DNA from: the human T2T-CHM13v2.0 reference genome, Homo sapiens | Direction: 5' to 3' (one strand) | Assembly (NCBI RefSeq): GCF_009914755.1 | Contig: NC_060928.1 | Length of the DNA stretch: 64,000 bases | Shown: positions 54,531 through 64,000 of the stretch, in pieces | Layout of the letters: every line of letters begins with the position of its first letter | Numbering within the stretch: position 1 is the first letter of the stretch | Position numbers and translations under genes: made by a program | Notes under the pieces: generated by a model | Told to the model about the DNA's origin: nothing | Database searches by the model: none | What the model saw: the letters and a program-made list of their open reading frames with translations, nothing else

Positions 54531-54868
54531 ATCTTAGTTTGTCTGTGCTGCTAAAAATACCACGGTTCTGGAGGCTATGAAGTCCAAGATCAAGGTGCCA
54601 GCAGGTATCTGTCTGGGGAGGGCCCCTTCTCTGCTTCCAAGATGCTGCCTTGTTGCTGCATCCTCTGGAGGGGGAGAATGCTGTGTCCTCATATGGGATG
54701 GAAAGGGAGAACTGGTCCCCTCTAGCCCTTATATAAGGTCACTTATCCCATTCATGAGAGCTCTGTCCTCATGACTTAGTCACTGCCTAAAGGCCCCACC
54801 TCTTAATACAATCACACTGGCAATTAAGTTTTGACACATGAATTTTGGAGGACATTCAGACTATAGCA
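54531..54868 (-). mobile_element. MaLR solo LTR (MSTD/MLT1A-like)
   Basis: GTTCTGGAGGCT, GAAGTCCAAGATCAAGGTGCCAGCAG, AAAGGCCCCACCTCTTAATAC, ACATTCAGACTATAGCA. Confidence 0.88.
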
Positions 54869-55734
54869 CCAGACAATGCCAGTACATGAAGAAACAGCAA
54901 GTTTGTTGGGACCCAAGGGCAAAAATCTGTAGTTTCAAAAAGTATGAAGAGTTTTGTTATTGTTGTAGTTGTTATTTTTACTGCTCAACAAAATGAATAC
55001 AACATTGTATCAAAAAAATCTAAATTTTATAGTAATATAGGCCATGGCTGAAAATCTAACCCAGGTATTTAGTACTAGCATGTTACCTTTCCAAACGTGA
55101 ATTTTTCATAATAAAATTCATGTTGTAATACCACTCTGGAGGCTAGAAATAATTTGAAAAACGTAGGAAATAGTTGAAGATTAAAATATAAACTTTTTTA
55201 AGAAGCTAAAGCTGAATTTGAGAATGTGGCTAAGATGTGCAACCACAATGAACTTTTTAATATTTCATCCCAGAATTAAACTTCTCCTTCCAGTCTCAGG
55301 CAAAGGAGAGAGCCCACTCTTCCAAATATAGCTGAGAATACAACCCAAGTAAGGAGTCTTAAAAGGGACTGACCTGAGCTAGGCTTTCTCAGTCCCTTCT
55401 GTTAGTCTCAACAATCAGGCAAGACAATTATCCTCTGTCTTGAAGAGTGAGTGAAGGGTTATGAGAGAAGTGCATGAGTCCCCAACCTCCCAGCTCTGGA
55501 ATAATTACAAGCAGGGACTGGAAATCCCCTTGCACTACTTTGAAGATTATTGTGAAGATCAATTACAGACGATGTATGCAATCTGTCTATCCACAGCAAT
55601 AGGTATTTTCAATGGAAAGAGATAGTTAAATTAATCAAGACTTCATTTACCACATAGAGGATTGTTCCTTCTTCTGATAATGAAATTTAGTAAAATCACT
55701 TCTTTTTTATTTTTTTCCATATCTAAGAGTAAAC

Positions 55735-55831
55735 TTTTTTTAAAATTTTATTTTATTATTATTATACTTTAAGTTTTAGGGTACATGTGCACAATGTGCA
55801 GGTTTGTTACATATGTATATATGTGCCATGT
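55735..55831 (-). mobile_element. Very short 3' end of a young L1PA element
   Basis: TATACTTTAAGTTTTAGGGTACATGTGCACAATGTGCAGGTTTGTTACATATGTAT is the reverse complement of a young L1PA 3' terminus; TSD GTAAACTTTTT. Confidence 0.92.
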
Positions 55832-56159
55832 GTAAACTTTTTAATTCACAAGAAAAGCAGATGTTCTGTATGAATTCAAGTTACTTGTAATTATGTATTT
55901 TGAATTAACTCTAATTAATTTTATATACAATTCTCAAATTTCATTCTAGTAAGACAGGTAAAATTGGTAAAAATATCAGAAATAATGTAATACCAAACTG
56001 CAAACATGAATATTATATTTTACTATTTCAATTGTTATTGTTGGTATTTTAGTTAATCACATTGGATAGTAGGTACTTCATTCATCATTCTAGATAGAAC
56101 AATTTAGCACATTTGTTCAAAAATGAGGATTTGCTCTCTCAGCAATGATACCAATATAT

Positions 56160-56350
56160 ATTGTTTATTAAGAGCTTTATGCATCAGACAGTGTGCTGGT
56201 GCTTTACAAAACTTTATTTCTAATAGTATAACAACCTCGGAAGGAATTATTATGATACCAATTTTCTAAAGGAGAAAACTGAAGGTCAGAGAGATAATTT
56301 TTAAAAAATTATACAGAATCAGAGTAGTGGAGTCAGGATTCTAACCCTGA
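56160..56350 (-). mobile_element. MIR
   Basis: TTTATTAAGAGCTTTATGCATCAGACA, GGAGAAAACTGAAGGTCAGAGAG, GGAGTCAGGATTCTAACCC. Confidence 0.7.
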
Positions 56351-58139
56351 ATCCTGCAAATTCTTTCCTTTAAATATGTCTTTCTGCCTTTCTGTAGGAG
56401 AATTTTATGTGAAAAGAAAGAAAACAAGATTATAGTTCCCTCAATGTAACTAACAGAAGTGACCTTGGAACTTCACTTGATTGAAGTATATAAGGGACAG
56501 GAAGACAGCCCTTTTTTAAAGGCTCAGTATGAGTTTAAACACGTTGGTCATCTTCACGTTGTTTGGTTGATTTATCCAAACGATGTTGAGAGCTTAGAGA
56601 ACAATAACACAAGTTTTCCTGCATTGATTCTAATTTGACGCTTTTAATGAGCACACCATTGTTTTCATGGTTTTTTTATACCCTGAACGTCTCCCTTCGT
56701 AGGATTCATCACAATTGTAAATTCTTTGTTGAAGTTTGTGTCAGATTCTAACCCCTGAGCAGGGCAGTGATGACTTAGTCGTATCACTGTATCCCCCATT
56801 GCCCAGTGCAGGGGATAGGACAGGTGCTCATTACACATCCATTGGCTATTTGAATGAGTTAATGACTAATGGTATAGGGTTCTCAGAAATGAGTGGCAGA
56901 GGTATTATCAACTTCAGCCAAGAAAAGGAGAGACTCTGGAGGACTCAATCTTCCTTGAACTGTAGCCTTTTTTTTTTTTGATAATTAAAAATTACTCAGA
57001 ATTGCACACACCATGAGGCTTTCAACACTTTGTACCATATGGAAATATCTGTTACATTTTCATAATTTGCATGTATAACTGCAAAATCACAATGCTTATT
57101 TTAGATTCCTAGGAATTAATGTAGATTGCCAAAGATCACCAGTGTGAAGCTCATAAGCCAGCATAAAATAAGGTATTGATGAGCTCCAGGGAGAATAAAG
57201 GATATTTATCTCTCTTGATTCTCTCCAGTGAACTCCTCTCTAACAAACTGGACCCTCTGGGCTTGGTGAGGAATAGATCAGAATGCAAAAAAGTTGGAGC
57301 AAAATCTATGTCATGTGCTTCCTCTTCCTCTACCCCAGAAGGCCATGATTTCTGCAGGTCCTTGTCTATCTCTGCCCTCCTGATATTTAGCATATGTCTG
57401 TCTATGTGGGACTGCTCTCTCCTCAAGTTTTGCACCTAATTTCTCTTAACATTGGCAATTGCCAATGTTCTTCACATACAGGTTTCATGATACAGTACAG
57501 TTATTATATTACAAAGCTGTACTTTCATTTCAGTTTTTAAAAAGATTTAAATATATGGGTTTTCATGTAATCATATTTTGTAGTCTGTATCTTTAAAACA
57601 AAAAGTCACTTAAAACACTGACAATTTGCCTCCAAATGTGCCTTCAATATCTTCATTTTTTAAGAGTGCTTTCTCTTTTTTTTCTCGCTCTTTCTTTTTT
57701 TTCCCGTAACTCCAGAAAGATTATGCATGGGAAAAGTCCTAGAGCCTGCTTCCAAACTGCACACAAATGGTAATACAAAGTGCCCTTTCATATGGGCTCA
57801 GCATTGCCATCTAGGGACTATGTAGGTCTCAAATGTGAAACGATGTTCAACCAAAAATGGGCATTTCAGTTTTAGGCAAAGTCTTGACTGAAAATAAGTC
57901 TGCTGCCCATGCTGAAGCCACACTAGGCATAATTCAGGCATAAAACTGAGCCACAGGGGGAAAATACTTATTTGTATTCTTGAAATAGATGAAATTTTTA
58001 CATTCTCCAAATCGACTGGTTAGTTGATCAAGTATCCTTCTGTAGATATAGATTTATCTGAAAAACCATTGTCTAATATGGTTTTATCTTTCTCTCTCTC
58101 TTTCTGTCTATATAGCTATATACAAGGGAGTCTGTGAGG

Positions 58140-58720
<581 letters not shown>

Positions 58721-58799
58721 TAATGGGAAATCTAAATAGAAATGATAATTCAGCAATATGAACTGTCCCACAATATTATGTACTTAGATGGCACATGGC

Positions 58800-59810
58800 C
58801 TCTAAGATAGCAATAGCTGCAGATATAGAGTATGCATTTCCCCTACCTGTTTTACTGTGGATTGGGGTAATCAGGGGAAGATTATTAGGAAGAAAACTAT
58901 TGAATTGGGCCTTCTAAAGTGGCAGAATTGGATGAGAGAAGTAGCGGATAGAAAGCATTCTCAGCAGGAAGAAAGGTTTGAGCCGAAATATACAAAGCAT
59001 TATTATAGGAGATAGTGGGAAGGCCAGTGTGCCCAGAGCAACAGTCTCAAGTAGAGAAAGCAGATATATTTAGAAAAGTTGCTTAAATCCAGATGTTACA
59101 ATGATGTGACTCTCGTGAAGAATGTGGACTTCATTTCATAGACAAAGCAGAGTTGTCTGAAGAGGTCAAGAACAAGAGTGGGAAAATGAAAAAAAAATGT
59201 TTGAGGGAATATTAGTCTGGCAACCGAGTGCAAGAGAAATAAAGGATAACAAAAAGGAAGCAGAGCCTTACCTGGAAGTTGGTGCATTTTTCAAGATGAG
59301 GGCCTAGAATTTAATAGATATGTGTTAAATAAATAAAAGGAAGGCATCAATCCTAGAAATATTATTAAGGGAAAATTAGTAGGAATTGTCTGAGTGGTTA
59401 TGAAAACCTAAGGGAAAACATCAAAGATTATTTCAAAAATTTTAAGCCTGGGTAACAGTTAGATGGAATCCAAAGAAAAAGTAGATACAAACTGGAAATG
59501 AGAGGAGAGATTGGGGTTTTGAAGACACTGATTTGGAAGTCATCATCATAAATAAGAACTGATTTTAAAGGGAAACTGGGGGGCTAACATAACCTTAGGT
59601 AATGTCCATGTGTGAAGAGTAGAAAGAAAAGTCTACAAAAGTAACCAGAAAGTCACTAAAACTAGAGGCTGTGGGGAACCAGGATAGCATAAGCTTCATG
59701 GGTATTAATGAAGGAAATGGTTTCAAGGTAAAACTATTGTGGTCAACCTTTCCAAAAGTTGCAGGAAGAAAAAGGAGAATGAGAACATAGAAAAAGACAA
59801 TTGAATCTGC
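58800..59810 (-). mobile_element. L2 LINE, degenerate
   Basis: TCAGGGGAAGATT, TTGAATTGGGCCTT, AAAGCATTCTCAGCAG, TTTTAAGCCTGGGTAAC, GGAGAATGAGAAC. Confidence 0.6.
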
Positions 59811-60026
59811 AAACTCACATTACATAGCATATACATAAGTAGACTTAACTTTTTTAACTGTAATTATTTTTATTTTGTGAAAATCAAAATTATTTCCTAT
59901 TGGGTAAATCAATTATTCCTTATTCTTAGCCAGGCAATTAATCAGCAATGCTTATCGAGCAGTCACTATATTCAGAACGCAAGAGGAAGAAAGCTTGGTG
60001 GGAGTGGGGGAGGTAAGTGTAACTCA

Positions 60027-60542
<516 letters not shown>

Positions 60543-60754
60543 TTATTTGGAAAAGCCATTCCCCACAAACACAGGAGGTTCCTCCCAAGGGACGTTCTCT
60601 GTGATCTTCCATGGCAGGGACCTACTGAATGCTTCTAATTTGAAAGATCTATTGAGGATTAGTTAAGAGAAGAGGTAGACTGGGTTCTGTCAACACACCC
60701 ACCCATGCAATTGGGGGCCATGTTGCACATCTCACTGGTCTTTGGCCAGTATGA

Positions 60755-61270
60755 CCTACTGTGTAAGAGTATGTGCTTTGGAATCAGATCTGGATATAGC
60801 CTCCCTCCCTCTCCATTTACCAGAATTGTGATTTGGAAAGTCACGTAACCTCTTCAGACTTTTTGTTTTTTTAATCTGTAAAGGTGGACATAATAACCAT
60901 AAATAAAAGATTATTGTTAAATACTCTGTTCATGGGATACACTAAATACATGGTAGCTACTCTAATTATTGTTTTAGGAGTTGAAAGAATGTTGATTGTC
61001 CTAGCTGATTATGGGGCCTTAAATAGTGTCACAAGGTCTCCATCCTGATGCCTTTCACTATGTAATAAAATGACTTGCATCTTCAAACTTCTGCAAAGCT
61101 CTTCCATCTCCACTAATACATGTTATCCTCACAACAAACCTGTAAATGACTCAGCGTGTCTGTTATTACTCCTATCTCGCAGATGGAGAGAGAGGGCCTT
61201 AGAGAGAGGCAAACACTTGTTTCAGTCACAACGTGAAAAGGTCACAGAGCCTGAACTGGAACCCATGGCT
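60755..61270. mobile_element. Two MIR fragments (+ about 60755-60975; - about 61110-61270)
   Basis: GTGCTTTGGAATCAGATCTGG and GTGATTTGGAAAGTCACGTAACCTCT; TCCTCACAACAAACCTGT and CAGAGCCTGAACTGGAACCCA. Confidence 0.7.
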
Positions 61271-63197
61271 GCTCACTCCCGTCAGAGCTTGATGGGAATA
61301 GTCAAGAATATGCAGCCACTTTTCTTGCCAAAATCCCCCTCCACTTATGTGGAGAACACAGTGCTGAGATGAGCTAATTCTCTAGACACATAAAAGAGCT
61401 GCTTGTTGAACTTTTGACTTTTGGCAAGTTGTGCTCATTTCTTAGCCTCAGCAATGTCTTGACACTTCTTCTGCTTTAACTTTTCATCTTTCAAGGGACT
61501 TTACTCTTAGCATTTTTGAAGAGTGGGCATTGTTTTCATCCTTCTCACATCTCAAAAAATATGTGTCTTATGTTCGCATTAGTCCATCCACATACTTTCT
61601 TAAGTCAGAATATTGGTTTGGATGCCTGCGGTGCGTGTATGTTGGGGTTGGGGGCGGGGTGATTTAGCCTGAGGAAAGTGCAGATGAAACTTAACCTCAA
61701 ATATTTTGAGATATGTAATATTACTTCAAGTCTTCTTATTTCGTGTATGAAATATGCATTTCTTCAGCTTTGTACACCAAGTTAATGAATTAAAGAGTCC
61801 GTGATTTAACAAATTTCATACTTGCTTGGGAGGCTTAAGGACCTAGACAAGCAGGTCTTGGTCTTAAGTTACTGTGTTTACCCGTTGGGATCTTGTGGTG
61901 GGTAGGTGTGAGGGTGGGCAATGGAGGAGGGGGGTCAAAAGCACAACACTGCAACCCCTGATCCATTTCCAGTGGATGGGATGATGATCCTGAGTAACTC
62001 TGCGTTGCAATGTGTCCACAGTTGTGTGAGTAGAGGGAAACCTTGGAAAATTCTTTGCACCTCCTCCTATAGTCTTCAGCCATCTCAGGAAACAGACTGC
62101 TTTGGTCGTCATGTTTCTTCCAGGAGCAAGGTGACTTGGTTAGGAGAAATGTTGAAAATTTCCCTCAGATGGCTCCCCATAGAGATTTTGAGCGTTAAGT
62201 TCTATGGTGCCCTTCTAGCCTCTAAGGAACCACTTCTGATTTTTTGGTGGGGAGGGAGGCAAGACCAATGTTTCTGCATTCTGGGCCCATAAATCCAATT
62301 TTACTTTGATTGAAAATGTGTTTCTCTAAGGTATCAATGTTTACATGGTAAGACAGATGACATTTTGACCCTACATGGTATATTTCTATTCAAAGGATTT
62401 TAGGATCTGTTTATTCATCAATTAGTAAAGGCAACATGTATTGACTACAAAGTTGTTGGTAACACTCAATCTATTATTTTTACAGAAAGACAATGAACTT
62501 ATTTTCCCCAAGAGTGAAGTATATTAATTGCATCAAGATATATTCCCGATTACCATATCAGGACATCAAAGGAAAGCAGGTTCCTTGAATCATTACTCCC
62601 CACCTCTTTCACTTCACTGACCAATCACGGAGGTTTGGATCCTAAACTTAACTTTGAACGTTTGCTGCCAGTTCCAAAGAATTTGCTAAATAGGTTTCAA
62701 ATGTTCGCCCTTTGTAGGCTTGAGAATGAAGAATTAAAAGAAGAGTGATGGTTACCATTATAGTAAAAACTTGGCACAAAATAAAAAAGGGCTTTTCTTC
62801 TCTCTCACTTTTTCCAGGTGCTCACCTAAAGCAATAAATATGTGGGTGATTACCCGTGGGTTTTTCCAATCCTAAGGCAGTTAAATGGCATGAACAATGT
62901 GCTTTTTAAAAAGATCACTGTAAACATTTATTTCAATTCAAGGAGTATTTGTGTACTTTCTCTGGGGCAAATCCAAGAAACCTAGGAGATTCAGAAGAAA
63001 CATGAACTAGAGGCTCGCTCTCCCTGGTCATCTGTGACCACTGCACTGCCTGGCCATACTTTCCTCATTCATTCCTCCTCTATCACCTTTTTTCTTTTTT
63101 TCACTTAGCCCAGCGCAAAGCTATCTATCAACTTCTATCTGTTGGCATCTCCGAGGCTCTATCCTTTGTCTTTTCTAGCTATACTGTCTCCCTCGGT

Positions 63198-63877
63198 GTA
63201 GTACATTGACTGGTGACCCACAAAAGGATTTGTTTGTGTCCTAATTCCTGGAACCTGTGAGTGTTATTTTATTTGGGACGGAGACCTTTGCAGATGTAAT
63301 TAATTAAGGAACTTGCGCTGGAGAGGGCCTAGATTATCCAGGTGGGTTCTATCCTTGTAAGAGACACATAGGAAAGATATGATAGAAGAGTAGGAGGCAA
63401 TGTGACCACAGAGGTAGAGCTTGGAGTGATGTGGCCACAAGGGCACAAGTCAAGGATTGCTGACAGCCACCAGAAGTGGGAAGAAACAAGAAGTGAATGT
63501 TCTCCTAGTCTCCAGAGGGATGCGGCCCTGCTGACACCTTGATTTTGGATTTCTGTACTCCAGAACTGTGAATGAAAAAATGTTCTGTGGTTTTTAGCCA
63601 CTAGTTTGCAGTCATTTGTTATTTTCCATCCTGGTGGAAAATAAACAGATCTAAAAGATATTCAACATCATTAGCCATTAGAGAAATGCAAATTAAAATA
63701 ATGACAATATCACTACATACATATCAGAATTGCTAAAATAAAAATTAGTGACAACACCAAATACTAGCAAGAATATGGAGAAACTAGCTCATATTGCTGG
63801 TGAGAATGTAAAATGGTAAAATCGTAAATTGAATGTAAAATTGTAAAATTAGTTTCCTGTGGCAGGAAACTAATATA
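63198..63877 (+). mobile_element. MaLR solo LTR (MLT1C-like), interrupted near its 3' end by an L1 fragment
   Basis: CCTAATTCCTGGAACCTGTGAGTGT, CTTTGCAGATGTAATT, GGCCCTGCTGACACCTTGATTTTGGA, CATTTGTTA; the LTR terminus CAGGAAACTAATA reappears at 63863-63875. Confidence 0.88.
63633..63850 (+). mobile_element. Internal L1M ORF2 fragment with no poly-A tail and no TSD
   Basis: TCAACATCATTAGCCATTAGAGAAATGCAAATTAAAA and ATTGCTGGTGAGAATGTAAAATGGTA are L1 ORF2 3'-region motifs. Confidence 0.85.
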
Positions 63878-64000
63878 TTAGGTAAATGTATCTAATCTCT
63901 CATCTTCAAATTCCATCTCTAGGGGACTCATTAATTTAAATCTCCAATCCTGACTTCTCAGAGTACCATACTGAGACATCTAACTGCCTACTGGACATCT

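Noticed and set aside
57151-57439. Overlapping 94-aa and 87-aa ORFs on opposite strands
   Set aside because: Non-ATG starts, no recognisable domain and no convincing splice sites; may be a decayed LTR.

Overview
Primate (almost certainly human) AT-rich non-coding genomic DNA. I found no credible protein-coding exon, RNA gene or CpG island. The longer ORFs in the track come from Alu, L1, LTR or microsatellite sequence, or are chance ORFs. Much of the window is interspersed repeat: about 18 Alu/FLAM copies, many MIR and L2 fragments, 8 solo LTRs, 5 L1 pieces, Tigger and hAT DNA transposons and several microsatellites. Between them lie 1.5-3 kb unique blocks. Seven of eight LTRs are on the minus strand, which suggests but does not prove an intron of a + strand gene; I could not identify the gene. 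The main unexplained structures are: (1) two interleaved near-identical short duplications at 4.98-7.6 kb, one with an 11-bp periodic junction; (2) an older 74%-identical duplicated element at about 15.0 and 17.0 kb; (3) a tail-less L1 fragment inside an MLT1 LTR with a hairpin at each junction; (4) a MEIS/PBX-HOX/TCF composite motif and small CpG-enriched patches; (5) two acceptor-donor (recursive-splice-like) motifs on the minus strand. None of this amounts to a demonstrated new biological system. Repeat subfamilies and old-repeat boundaries were called by eye and are approximate.
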